Positions 41,739 to 51,082 are shown, numbered from the stretch's first letter. The stretch is 64,000 nucleotides of DNA from Kiritimatiellia bacterium (GCA_040767085.1 JAXGPF010000003.1:512001-576000); one strand, 5' to 3'. Translations and numbers: made by a program. The notes: a model not told the origin generated them from the sequence alone.

Positions 41739-42776
41739 TTAAGACGCACCGCCAAAGAGAAACCGGATGGTATTGCGGTTGGTTATCTTGCGCCGGACGG
41801 CGGGAGGAAGCTTGCGTAAGAGCCGGATTTCCTCGTCATACGTGCCCTTGTAATTGAATTCCTGCCAGGTGGTCCGGTTGAGCTTGCGCCGGCAGATGTA
41901 GGCATAGGCGGGCGAGTCCGTGCCCCAGACGATTTTTTCGCCGTAATCGGCGCAGATTTTGGCCAGCACGTCGTGGTGATCGCTGAAATCCGCGTCAATC
42001 AAATCCTGTTTGTTGATGGTTTTCCCGGCCCATATCCGGCAGACATCCACCTGGATTTTGAAGGCGGCGGTATCAACCCAGACGTTGGGCGCCGCCAAGG
42101 CGCGATCCAGCAACGGCTTTGAAAACAAAATGCAATGCGCCAGGCAAAACCGGACATCCGGATGCGCGTCAATCACCTTGAAGGCATTGCCGGCATAGGA
42201 AAAAACATCGGATACCTGCCCGGAAGTATGCAGCAGTATGGGCCAGTCATGTTCCCGCGCCAACGCCATCAGGCAGCGGCCTTCCTTCAGCAATGCGGTC
42301 ACCGGGGCCTGGCAGATCACCGGATTGATCTTGATGCCATATACCGGGTATTTTTTTAACAATTTCTCGATATCGCGAACTTGCGCGCGCGTCTCCCGCA
42401 ACGGGTCCACGCTGATGAACTGCAGGAAGCGCCGGCTCAATTCCGGGCAGTAGTCAAAAACCTCGCGCAATAGCAAAAGATTTTCGACCTGATGCGGCAC
42501 CGGTGAAATCGCCTTGCGCGCCTTGACATGCCGGCCGGCAATGAGGCCGGGAATGTCAAAATACAAATTTGAGTTAAACGGGAAAACGATATTGACGTCC
42601 ACCCCGCCGCTCAATTGCTGGTAATACAAGCCTTCGATTGTCTGGGCGTAGGGATATTCCGCGCGCCCGTAAGAGCCCAGCGCCACGCCCACATGCGAAT
42701 GGGCATCAATTACCTTGCCGGTCAAATCCGCCGGTTTTATGCGAACAATCTGGTTGATCATAAATTGCCTCTTCAC
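41739..42776 (-). CDS. Amidohydrolase superfamily protein (Amidohydro_2-like)
   Basis: IDAHSH, YGIK, LLHT, LAH, VWVDTA and WGTDSP metal-site motifs. Confidence 0.85.
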   Translation of the reverse strand: MKRQFMINQIVRIKPADLTGKVIDAHSHVGVALGSYGRAEYPYAQTIEGLYYQQLSGGVDVNIVFPFNSNLYFDIPGLIAGRHVKARKAISPVPHQVENLLLLREVFDYCPELSRRFLQFISVDPLRETRAQVRDIEKLLKKYPVYGIKINPVICQAPVTALLKEGRCLMALAREHDWPILLHTSGQVSDVFSYAGNAFKVIDAHPDVRFCLAHCILFSKPLLDRALAAPNVWVDTAAFKIQVDVCRIWAGKTINKQDLIDADFSDHHDVLAKICADYGEKIVWGTDSPAYAYICRRKLNRTTWQEFNYKGTYDEEIRLLRKLPPAVRRKITNRNTIRFLFGGAS

Positions 42777-42786
42777 TGATCAATGC

Positions 42787-43929
42787 TTATAACTCCCCAT
42801 TCCATGGATACTTGATCCGCACCAATTCCCCGCCCTTGCGCGCCGACTCGGCCGCGTAAATGCCCGGCAGGGTCATCCGCAATCCCTCGCGCAGGCTGAT
42901 GGGCGACGGCCCATTGGCGCGGACGGCTTTGACGAACACATCCATCATCGCATAGTCCATGCCGCCGTGCCCTAAATCCTTTTTGGCGGCATATTCCGGG
43001 CGCGAGTAGGCGTCAATCGGCAGTTCAATCCAGCTTTTATACCCATAAAGCTCGTTGGAATAAAACAACGTGCGCTGCTGTGCCGCGTGTTCCGTGCTTT
43101 GAAACGTGGTATAACTCGGCGTACGCTCGAAGGCGCCCTTGGTGGTAAAAAAGCTGTAGGTATGCTGGCAGCCGACGGGCAGGTTATTGATGAACGACAC
43201 CAGCAGGCGCACCACCACATTGCTCCTGGTGCGCAGCGTGGCGGTCATGGCGTCATGCTGCCCTGCCTCCCGGTTGATATGGCTCCCGGTATCGAAACAA
43301 GACACCCACTCGAAATCCTCATCAATCAATTTCAGCACCGGGCCCAGCGAATGGGTGCAATACTGGATGGGCAGGCGCGCTTTGGGATCGGGCTTGGGTT
43401 TGCGCCAGGGGGTAACTTCCCATAACGAGCGGCAATCATGCAGGTAGGCCGCCTCGGCATAGTAGGGCTCGCCCAGCAGGCCGCGCTTTTTAAGATCAAG
43501 CGCCGCCTCAATCCAGCCGGCCATGTTGGGATTGGCGCCGGCCATGTAAAACGCCTGGCTTTTCGCTTGCGCCTCCCACAGCCGCCAGGCTTCCCCGGCA
43601 GTATCCACGCAGGGAATGTCCGAAAGCACGTGAATATTTTTTTGCAGCGCCTTGACGGCAAAACCGGTGTGCAGATGCGCGGGGGTTTCGATCATGAGCG
43701 CGTCCATCGGAACTTCCGCGAGCATTTGATCAAAATCGGCATAATGTTTGGCGTTGGGAAAATCCTGGCGCGCAACCTCCAGCGATACCGGGTTGATCTC
43801 GCAAATCCCCGCCGCCGACACCCCGTCAAAATTTTTCGCGGCTAATTTCAACAGGCAGCTTCCGCGCCCAATACCCTTTGCGGGATCAGCGCCATATCCC
43901 ACCAGTCCCAGGCGGATTTCTTTGGACAT
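42787..43929 (-). CDS. Gfo/Idh/MocA NAD-dependent oxidoreductase, GH109-like (paralog 3)
   Basis: AAGGA RBS; AYLHD, YCTHSLGP, GHGGMD. Confidence 0.88.
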   Translation of the reverse strand: MSKEIRLGLVGYGADPAKGIGRGSCLLKLAAKNFDGVSAAGICEINPVSLEVARQDFPNAKHYADFDQMLAEVPMDALMIETPAHLHTGFAVKALQKNIHVLSDIPCVDTAGEAWRLWEAQAKSQAFYMAGANPNMAGWIEAALDLKKRGLLGEPYYAEAAYLHDCRSLWEVTPWRKPKPDPKARLPIQYCTHSLGPVLKLIDEDFEWVSCFDTGSHINREAGQHDAMTATLRTRSNVVVRLLVSFINNLPVGCQHTYSFFTTKGAFERTPSYTTFQSTEHAAQQRTLFYSNELYGYKSWIELPIDAYSRPEYAAKKDLGHGGMDYAMMDVFVKAVRANGPSPISLREGLRMTLPGIYAAESARKGGELVRIKYPWNGEL

Positions 43930-44016
43930 ATCATTCCTTTATGATTGAGCCATTGACCGTTCAACTTTTACGGATGCGGAGCATTGCCGGCTATCCGCCG
44001 GTTTCACGCCATCAAA

Positions 44017-44967
44017 TTACCAGTTAAATTTCGGAAAGGCAAACGGAACGGCGCGGATACCGGAATCAAAGGTAATGTCCGCCGCCACGGCGCCGGACAG
44101 GATCAATTCCGCATTGATGACCTGTAAAATGCTGGCCGGCACCATGGGCGTCACCGGCCCATGCGCCGCCAGACGCGTGATGAAGCGCTGCCACGGCGCC
44201 TTGTTCCAGAAGCTCACCCGCTTGGCGCCGGCCAGATCGCGCGGGCCGATCGTGGCCGCCTTGGGCGGACACCACGACCAGTCGCCGGCGGCGCCGGCAT
44301 CGGGATGCAAGACATTCTGGCAAACCGTGATCGGATGCAAATCCGCAATCCGGGCGCCGGCTTGCAGATAGGCCTGGATATCATCGCCGAATTCCAGGCC
44401 GAGATGCGGCTCGAAGAAGGCGATATGACCGCACCAGCCGATGCCGCCGTAACAGATGTCGGCGCCGCCCAAATCCTCGATCATCCGGCTGTAATGGTTG
44501 ACGTTTTCCGTCAGCGGAAAATGAATTTGCTCCTCCGGCATGCGCAATTTCGGGTCAATGCGGTTGAAAAAATCCTCCCACATATGATATTGGAATCCCC
44601 CGGGCCAGTCGCGCGGCGGGGTCTGGCCGTTTTCATCCGCGAATTCATCCATGTTGAAAGTATGGACATGGCGGCAGGGAAGGCGCAGGCGGTTGATCAT
44701 CTCCGCCACCCAGGCGTAATACGGATTGGTGGCCGGCAAGATCATGACATATGATTTTTTCCCTTCATCCAGGCTGCGCTTGATGCCTGCGACGATGTCC
44801 AGCAGGTAGGCAAAATTCAAGGCCTCATCCTGCTCGATCACCTTGATATGAAAATTTTTGTTCGGATGTTTGCAGATATCCGCGCGCTTGATCGCCCGCA
44901 CCCGCTCACAGACGGCCTTGTCGCGGAACGGCAAAAATTCAGCCATTGCATATTTGAACCGATCCAT
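44017..44967 (-). CDS. NagB/glucosamine-6-phosphate deaminase-fold protein
   Basis: TFNMDE, GGIGWCGHIAFFEP, AATIG, PASILQ; GAGGAG RBS; divergent from canonical NagB. Confidence 0.8.
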   Translation of the reverse strand: MDRFKYAMAEFLPFRDKAVCERVRAIKRADICKHPNKNFHIKVIEQDEALNFAYLLDIVAGIKRSLDEGKKSYVMILPATNPYYAWVAEMINRLRLPCRHVHTFNMDEFADENGQTPPRDWPGGFQYHMWEDFFNRIDPKLRMPEEQIHFPLTENVNHYSRMIEDLGGADICYGGIGWCGHIAFFEPHLGLEFGDDIQAYLQAGARIADLHPITVCQNVLHPDAGAAGDWSWCPPKAATIGPRDLAGAKRVSFWNKAPWQRFITRLAAHGPVTPMVPASILQVINAELILSGAVAADITFDSGIRAVPFAFPKFNW

Positions 44968-45010
44968 TTCCAATCTCCTCTTTTGTAACCGCGTTATACC
45001 AGCCGCTGTC

Positions 45011-45227
45011 TATGTGTATGTGAGTTTGTGAGTATGTGCGTATATGTTTGTAATTAAGAAAGCACACTTAGACAATCATCCTTGTGGGAGCGGCGTTATA
45101 TTTACACCGCTCCGAGAAGGGCGCCGCGATTCCCGCCAAACCCACACACTCCCACACCCACACACTCCCACACCCACACACTCACATACTCCCATACTCC
45201 CACTCCTATACTCCCACACTCACACCC
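45011..45227. repeat. Inverted GT-rich / CA-rich 8-bp tandem tracts flanking a GTGGGAG REP-like unit
   Basis: GTATGTGA-type units at 45011-45050; GTGGGAGCGGCG...CGCCGCGAT at about 45084-45130; TCCCACAC-type units at 45141-45227. Confidence 0.7.
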
Positions 45228-45352
45228 GCATCCTCACGCCAATTCAACCATAAGCCGTCCGAAATTGTCAAATGACCATTTGTGCGATTTGTTGGCATTT
45301 TGTGCGATTTGTTTTGTTGCCATTTCAAGCGATTTAATAATGGCTGGTACCG

Positions 45353-45437
45353 GTGGGCGCGGCATCCCAGAGCCGCGGTCAGCGCCCGCGGCTACAGCGG
45401 AATCCGCTCTTCTGTAGCAGTCCGGCTTTGCCGGACT
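45353..45437. repeat. GTAG-type REP cluster
   Basis: CCGCGGTCAGCGCCCGCGGCTACAG (as at 18386-18410) followed by CTGTAGCAGTCCGGCTTTGCCGGACT. Confidence 0.6.
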
Positions 45438-45493
45438 TTCCGGACCGAATGCGCCACGCCGCGGCGCCTAACCAGAAAAATGACGGCGGAAAA

Positions 45494-45522
45494 TTGATTG
45501 CCTGGCTGCCGAACACTATGTT
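45494..45522 (+). promoter_or_regulatory. Putative sigma70 promoter
   Basis: TTGATT-N17-TATGTT, 12 bp before ATG 45535. Confidence 0.5.
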
Positions 45523-45534
45523 ACCCTGATTTCC

Positions 45535-47142
45535 ATGCCAACTAATCGCCTGCCGCTGCAACCGGTTCTCACCACCGAGGAATACGCCGCGCTGGACCGA
45601 TTCGGCGCGGCCCACCCTGGCGCCGCCAATTTGCCGGCCATCGCCGGATTCCTGCGTGAACTTTTCCATCTAGACCTTTCAACCGACCCGGAAATTATCG
45701 CCGGTTTCGCCGAAGACAGCAGCCACCTGCCGGGCCGGGCCCAGGCTCTGGCGCGGCCGGCCGACGAGCGCGGCTGCGCCGCCGTCCTGCGCATCTGCCG
45801 GGCCGCCGGTATCCCCGTGACGTTTTCCGGCGGCAAATCCAACCTGACCGGCAGCGCCACGCCGCCGGGCGGCGTCGTACTCTCCACCGTCCGCATGCTC
45901 GCGCCCACGGTGCGGGTGAATGCCGCCGGCCGCTGCGCCGCCGCGCCCGTCGGCATGCTGCTGGAAGACATGCGCCGCGAAGTCATGCGGCAAACCGCCG
46001 GCAAATGGCGGTATCCGGTAGATCCCACCAGCCGCGCTGACGCCACGGTCGGCGGTTGCCTGGCCTGCAATGCTTCCGGCTTCACGCCCGGAGAGAGCGG
46101 CGCCACCCGCGCCTGGGTGCAATCGCTGCGCTTCCTGCTCCCTAACGGCATGCTGATCTCCGCTGAACGCAATCAATATGTCTCCTCCGGCGGCTTTTTT
46201 CACCTGGAAGACGGCCGCACGGTCCAGGCCTGGCCCATTCCCGCCTACCCGCGGCCCGCCATTAAAAATGCCGGCGGCCCCTTCAGTTCGCCCGACGGCG
46301 CCATGGATTTCGTGGACCTGGTCATCGGCAGCGAGGGCATCTTTGGGCTGGCAACGGCCTGCACGCTCCGGCTGGCGGAAAATCCGGGAGCATACCTGGA
46401 CCTGTTCATCTCCCTGCCCGACGAGGAAGCCGCCCTGCGCCTGCTGGCGGCAGCGCGGGCGCACTTGAAAAACGACCTGGGCCGCCTGACCGCTTTTGAA
46501 TATTTCGGCGAGCATTGCCGGCAATACATGAAACACGAAGAGCGCTTTTTCCACGACACCGACCAGGTGGGCGTATATATCCAGGAGCCGCTGCGCGACA
46601 AGGAAATGGAGGATGCCGCCGGCGTTTGGCTGGAAATCCTGGCCGCCGCGGAATTGGACGTGCCGGATCAATCCATCCTGATCCTGGACACGGACGCGCA
46701 GCGGGAACTATTCATGGAAGCGCGCCATTCCATGCCGGCCAACTCCCTGGAAGTCGTCCAGCAGCGCGGCACGTTCACCATCATGACCGATACCGTCGTG
46801 CCATTCGATAAATTCCGGGAATTCCTGGAATTCACCCACGCCCAAATCCGCGCCCAAAATCTGGACTACCTCTCCTTCGGCCACCTGGGCGATTGCCACC
46901 TGCATTTTACCATCCTGCCGCACAAGCCGCAGATTGACCAGGCGGTGGCGGTGTATGACGCCATCATCGCCCGCAGCGCCGACCTCGGCGGCGTGTATTC
47001 CGGCGAACACGGCACCGGCAAGCGCAAGCGCCAGGATTTCCTGCGTTGTTACGGTCCGGCTGCCCTGGAAATGGTGCGCCAATCCAAGCAGGCGGTTGAC
47101 CCGCAAATGCTGGTCAACCGCGGCAATGTGATCCCGGAATAG
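45535..47142 (+). CDS. FAD-binding oxidoreductase, GlcD/D-lactate dehydrogenase family
   Basis: YPVDPTS..ATVGG, IGSEGIFG, FGHLGDCHLH, SGEHGTG motifs. Confidence 0.88.
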   Translation: MPTNRLPLQPVLTTEEYAALDRFGAAHPGAANLPAIAGFLRELFHLDLSTDPEIIAGFAEDSSHLPGRAQALARPADERGCAAVLRICRAAGIPVTFSGGKSNLTGSATPPGGVVLSTVRMLAPTVRVNAAGRCAAAPVGMLLEDMRREVMRQTAGKWRYPVDPTSRADATVGGCLACNASGFTPGESGATRAWVQSLRFLLPNGMLISAERNQYVSSGGFFHLEDGRTVQAWPIPAYPRPAIKNAGGPFSSPDGAMDFVDLVIGSEGIFGLATACTLRLAENPGAYLDLFISLPDEEAALRLLAAARAHLKNDLGRLTAFEYFGEHCRQYMKHEERFFHDTDQVGVYIQEPLRDKEMEDAAGVWLEILAAAELDVPDQSILILDTDAQRELFMEARHSMPANSLEVVQQRGTFTIMTDTVVPFDKFREFLEFTHAQIRAQNLDYLSFGHLGDCHLHFTILPHKPQIDQAVAVYDAIIARSADLGGVYSGEHGTGKRKRQDFLRCYGPAALEMVRQSKQAVDPQMLVNRGNVIPE

Positions 47143-47149
47143 CCCCCAT

Positions 47150-48520
47150 ATGCCAAACCTTGCCTGCCACCTGGAATTTGGAAATCAAACACTGCGGCTG
47201 CAACTACCGGGACAAACGGATGTGCTCACCCTGCCCAGCGATCCGGCATTGCCGGACCCGGCCGCCGCCATCCGCCAGGCGCTCGCCCACCCGCTGGGCG
47301 CGCCGCCCCTGGCCGAACTGGCGCGGCGCAAAAAAACTATCCTTCCCGACCCGCGGGCGGTCATCGTGGTCAGCGACAATACCCGCCCGGTGCCTTACAA
47401 AGGGCTTGGCGGCATCCTGCTGCCAATCGTGGCTACGCTGCGCGGCGCCGGCGTGGCCCGGATCGAAATCCTGGTGGCCACCGGCACCCACCGGCCGCTG
47501 ACTGAAGCCGAATTGCGCCTGCTGCTGCCGGACGATGTCTTCGACGGCCAAATCGCCATCACCAACCATGTCTGTACCGATACCGCCCAGCTCCGGCAGA
47601 TCGGATGCACTCCGTGCGGCGCCCGCGTGTCCGTCAACACCCGCTATCTGGACGCCGATATAAAAATCCTGACCGGGCTGGTGGAGCCGCATTTCATGGC
47701 CGGCGCCAGCGGCGGCCCCAAGTCCATTTGCCCCGGCCTGGCGGGCGAAGAGGTCACGCACGTCTTCCATGGCGCCGCGCTGATGGATGACGAACGCTGC
47801 GCCAGCCTGAACTGCAGCGACAACCCCTGCCACGCGGAATCGCTGGCAGTGGCGCAAATGGCCGGGGTGGATTTCATCGTGAATGTAACGCTGAACGGCG
47901 CCAAGCAACTGACGGGGATTTTCGCCGGCGGCATGCTGCCAGCCCACCAAGCCGCCGTGGCGCGGCTGCTGAACACCGGCGCCATCCGGATCGCCCGGGA
48001 ATACGACCTGGTCCTGACCCATGCCGGTTTTGCCGGAATCAACCATTACCAGACCGCCAAGGCCGCCGTGGAGGCCGTCAAGGCTGTCCGGCCGGGCGGA
48101 ACCGTGATCCTGGCCGCCAACCATACGGATGTTGACCCCGTGGGCGGACCCAATTACCGGCGCGTTTTGCCCATGTTGCGGCAATACGGGCCGGCGGAAT
48201 TCGTCCGCCGGCTGCGCAGCCCGGACTGGCAGTTCATCCCGGAACAATGGGAAGTGCAGATGTGGTGCCGGGTGTTCCGTAAACTCGGACACCTTGACCA
48301 TCTGGTCTATTGCGCGCCGCGGCTGGCCGGCGCCTTGTTCCGCCGGCGCGGCATCCCCGGCCGGGATGGCGGCGCGGCGCTGCCGGCCGGCGCGGACGAC
48401 CGGGCCGCGGCGGAAGCCATGGTGCAAAAAGCGGTGGACGCGTATTTCCACGACCACGCCGGGGCCAACGCCGCAGTCCTGCTGGACGGCCCCTATGGCG
48501 TGCCGGCCTTGACCGCCTGA
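47150..48520 (+). CDS. larA: LarA-family nickel-pincer 2-hydroxyacid racemase/epimerase
   Basis: SDNTRP, ATGTHR, EPHFMAGASGGPKSICPG, downstream FH; substrate not determinable. Confidence 0.85.
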   Translation: MPNLACHLEFGNQTLRLQLPGQTDVLTLPSDPALPDPAAAIRQALAHPLGAPPLAELARRKKTILPDPRAVIVVSDNTRPVPYKGLGGILLPIVATLRGAGVARIEILVATGTHRPLTEAELRLLLPDDVFDGQIAITNHVCTDTAQLRQIGCTPCGARVSVNTRYLDADIKILTGLVEPHFMAGASGGPKSICPGLAGEEVTHVFHGAALMDDERCASLNCSDNPCHAESLAVAQMAGVDFIVNVTLNGAKQLTGIFAGGMLPAHQAAVARLLNTGAIRIAREYDLVLTHAGFAGINHYQTAKAAVEAVKAVRPGGTVILAANHTDVDPVGGPNYRRVLPMLRQYGPAEFVRRLRSPDWQFIPEQWEVQMWCRVFRKLGHLDHLVYCAPRLAGALFRRRGIPGRDGGAALPAGADDRAAAEAMVQKAVDAYFHDHAGANAAVLLDGPYGVPALTA

Positions 48521-48547
48521 TCCGCCAAGTAGTCCGTCCGCTAAATA

Positions 48548-48576
48548 TTGATTGCGGACGGAAACAGCATTATGTT
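48548..48576 (+). promoter_or_regulatory. Putative sigma70 promoter overlapping a hairpin
   Basis: TTGATT-N17-TATGTT; overlaps the CCGTCCGC/GCGGACGG stem after the larA stop. Confidence 0.45.
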
Positions 48577-48590
48577 AGCATAATTTGATT

Positions 48591-48728
48591 CTAGCGGCCG
48601 AACGGTGTTCGGCATCCGGTTACTGTAGTGACCGAACGGTGTTCGGCATCCGTTTTACTGTAGCGGCCGAACGGTGTTCGGCATCCGGTTACTGTAGCCC
48701 GGATGCGCAACGCCGTTGCGCCTCCATA
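48591..48728. repeat. REP array (three about 34-bp tandem units plus one inverted variant)
   Basis: TGTAGCGGCCGAACGGTGTTCGGCATCCGGTTAC-like x3, then CCGGATGCGCAACGCCGTTGCGCCTCCATA; same family as 41501-41600. Confidence 0.8.
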
Positions 48729-48746
48729 AGATGTTTTCCCGTAAAA

Positions 48747-49769
48747 ATGAACCGCCAAAGCATTGACGCAGAAAAAGTCCCAGCCGCCGAAACGCCAGCA
48801 CCCGCCCGCGTGTTAATCGTCAAACTCAGTTCATTGGGTGATTTAATCCACGCGCTGCCGGCAGTCCACTGCCTGAAAACCGGTTTGCCGGCGGTGATTG
48901 ACTGGGTGGTCAACACGGAATATGCCGACCTGGTCCGCTGTTTTAACGATGTGCGCCGGGTGATCCCGTTCCCACGCCATGCGCTGAAACAGTTGCCGGC
49001 TTTCCGGCGCGCCTTGCAGCGCGAGGAATACGACCTGGTCGTTGATTTACAGGGCCTGCTCAAAAGCGCGTTGATCACCCGCCTGGCGCGCGCCGCGCGG
49101 CGCATCGGCCCTTCCTTTCAGCGCGAAGGCGCGCGCTGGTTTTACCACGCCCTGGCCGGTCCGCCCGACCGCCGGCGCCATGCCGTGGAACAAAACCTGG
49201 ATGTAGTCCGTTACCTGGACCTGCCGCAGGCAGCGCCGGTCTTTCCCATGCGGTTTACCCGCCCCTCCCTTAACGCGCCGGAGCCCCGCCTGGCGCTGAT
49301 TCCCTGTTCACGCTGGCCCAGCAAAAACTGGCCATTATCCGCCTTTACCCAAACCGCGCGGGAAGTGCACAGCCGCACACATGCGACGATTTACATCCTG
49401 GGCGGCCAGGCCGACGCCGCAACCTGTGCAAAGCTGGCGCGGGAACTGTCAGGCTTCGCCGTCAACCTGGCCGGCCGCCTGACTTTGCCGGAATTGGGCG
49501 GGTATCTGCAGGCCATGCAACTGGTAATTTCGAACGATTCGGGGCCGATGCACATCGCCGCCGCCCTGGACGTGCCGGTGCTGGCGGTGTTCGGACCGAC
49601 CGATCCGGCGCGCACCGGCCCCTATGGCGCGATCCACCAGGTTTTCAACGGCCGGCTGTCCTGCCAACCCTGTTATCGCCGGCGCTGCCGGTACGGCGCC
49701 AACCCCTGCCTGCAGGCGATCCTCCCGGAACAGGTAACGGCAGCGGCCTTGGAAATTTTACATGATTAG
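48747..49769 (+). CDS. GT9 glycosyltransferase (LPS heptosyltransferase WaaC/WaaF-like)
   Basis: IVKLSSLGDLIH, DLQGLLKS, KNWP, NDSGPMHIAAAL, FGPT. Confidence 0.92.
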   Translation: MNRQSIDAEKVPAAETPAPARVLIVKLSSLGDLIHALPAVHCLKTGLPAVIDWVVNTEYADLVRCFNDVRRVIPFPRHALKQLPAFRRALQREEYDLVVDLQGLLKSALITRLARAARRIGPSFQREGARWFYHALAGPPDRRRHAVEQNLDVVRYLDLPQAAPVFPMRFTRPSLNAPEPRLALIPCSRWPSKNWPLSAFTQTAREVHSRTHATIYILGGQADAATCAKLARELSGFAVNLAGRLTLPELGGYLQAMQLVISNDSGPMHIAAALDVPVLAVFGPTDPARTGPYGAIHQVFNGRLSCQPCYRRRCRYGANPCLQAILPEQVTAAALEILHD

Positions 49770-49858
49770 AGCCGATTTTAAAACTCACGTATTGAAAGCA
49801 ACTCTTATTAATCCTGAATTCTATCGGACCGCTGCCATTTGAAAACACAGGAGAAGCA

Positions 49859-51082
49859 ATGAACGATAAAATGCAAACCGCCCGCCAGGCCGCCTTGGAA
49901 ATCCTGCAACCTGATCAACGGACGCTGGAACACGCGCGCGCGCTGCACCGCGACGCCGTGGTGATAGATACGTACGGTTTCGGCCCCAATCCGGGCCGCG
50001 ATACGTCCCTGCTCCAGGCCGCGCTGGACCGCGGCCTGTCCGACGCGGAAATCCAGGACTTGCGCGAAAGCATGCCTATGCTCCGGCAATTGACCGATCC
50101 GGCCGAACTGGCGGAATACAAGGACGCCTGGGATGAATCCGGTGTAACCTGCCTGATGCGCAATGCCGGAGAGGAGTCCCAGGCGCCGCTGGTCCTGCTC
50201 AAGCGCCTGGCGCGGTTCGTGCACGTGACTGACGTCCTGCGCGATTTCGTGCCCAAGGCGGTTAACGCCGACGATATCGCCGCCGCCCACCAGGCCGGCC
50301 GGCACAGCATCTGTCTTTCCGGCAACGGCGTGCCCCTGGCCCAGGAATGGCGTTTCGTGACCGCCGAGCTGGCTTGGCTTAAGGTGTTCCACCAACTCGG
50401 CATCCGCATGATGCACCTGACTTATAACCGGCGCAACATGCTGGGCGACGGCTGCGCCGAGGAATCCAATGCCGGTCTGAGCGACTTCGGCCGGCACACC
50501 ATCGCGGAAATGAACCGGGTGGGCATCATCGTGGATGTCGCCCATTCCGGCTGGCGCACCAGCCTGGAAGCCGCGCAGGCATCCACCCGCCCGATCGTGG
50601 CCAGCCATACCGTCTGCGATGCCGTCAACCACCATTGCCGCGCCAAACCGGATGAAGTCATCCGCGCCATCCTCGACGGCGGCGGCATGCTGGGAATCTG
50701 CTGTATCTCCAGCTTCCTGGGCGGCTCGGGCGATATTGCGGCATTATTGGACCATCTGGACTACATGGTCAGAAAATTCGGCGCCGACTCCGTCGGCATC
50801 GGCACGGACACGGGCTATCAATCCTCCATCCCGCCCCGCCAGGCCCTGCCGCCCCCAAAACAACCGCGCCCGTCGCGTTTTGAGTATTATTGGCCCGCCG
50901 GCACCTTTGCCGATCCGCGCTGGAACCAGCCGCGGCAACTGCTCAGTCTGGACTGGATCAACTGGCCGATGTTCACCGCGGGCCTGGTGCAGCGCGGACA
51001 CAGCGATGACACGATCCGGAAAATTCTGGGCGGCAATTTCCTCCGCGTGTTGCGGGCGAATGCAATAAACGGCGCCCTGTAA
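49859..51082 (+). CDS. Membrane dipeptidase (peptidase M19) family protein
   Basis: LGIRMMHLTYN, GLSDFG, MNRVGIIVDVAH, ASH, GIGTD, KILGGNFLRV. Confidence 0.85.
   Translation: MNDKMQTARQAALEILQPDQRTLEHARALHRDAVVIDTYGFGPNPGRDTSLLQAALDRGLSDAEIQDLRESMPMLRQLTDPAELAEYKDAWDESGVTCLMRNAGEESQAPLVLLKRLARFVHVTDVLRDFVPKAVNADDIAAAHQAGRHSICLSGNGVPLAQEWRFVTAELAWLKVFHQLGIRMMHLTYNRRNMLGDGCAEESNAGLSDFGRHTIAEMNRVGIIVDVAHSGWRTSLEAAQASTRPIVASHTVCDAVNHHCRAKPDEVIRAILDGGGMLGICCISSFLGGSGDIAALLDHLDYMVRKFGADSVGIGTDTGYQSSIPPRQALPPPKQPRPSRFEYYWPAGTFADPRWNQPRQLLSLDWINWPMFTAGLVQRGHSDDTIRKILGGNFLRVLRANAINGAL

Noticed and set aside
45044-45417. Small His/Thr/Pro-rich ORFs (also 24679-24876 and 31353-31568)
   Set aside because: Translations of low-complexity tandem repeats with no RBS or domain signal.
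48591-48728. CRISPR array (also considered for 41501-41600)
   Set aside because: Palindromic 33-35-bp units abut directly with no unique spacers, include inverted variants, and no cas genes are present; they fit REP/BIME arrays.
48585-48746. Repetitive N-terminus (AAERCSASGYCS) on the GT9 protein
   Set aside because: It is the REP array read in frame; homology starts after ATG 48747.
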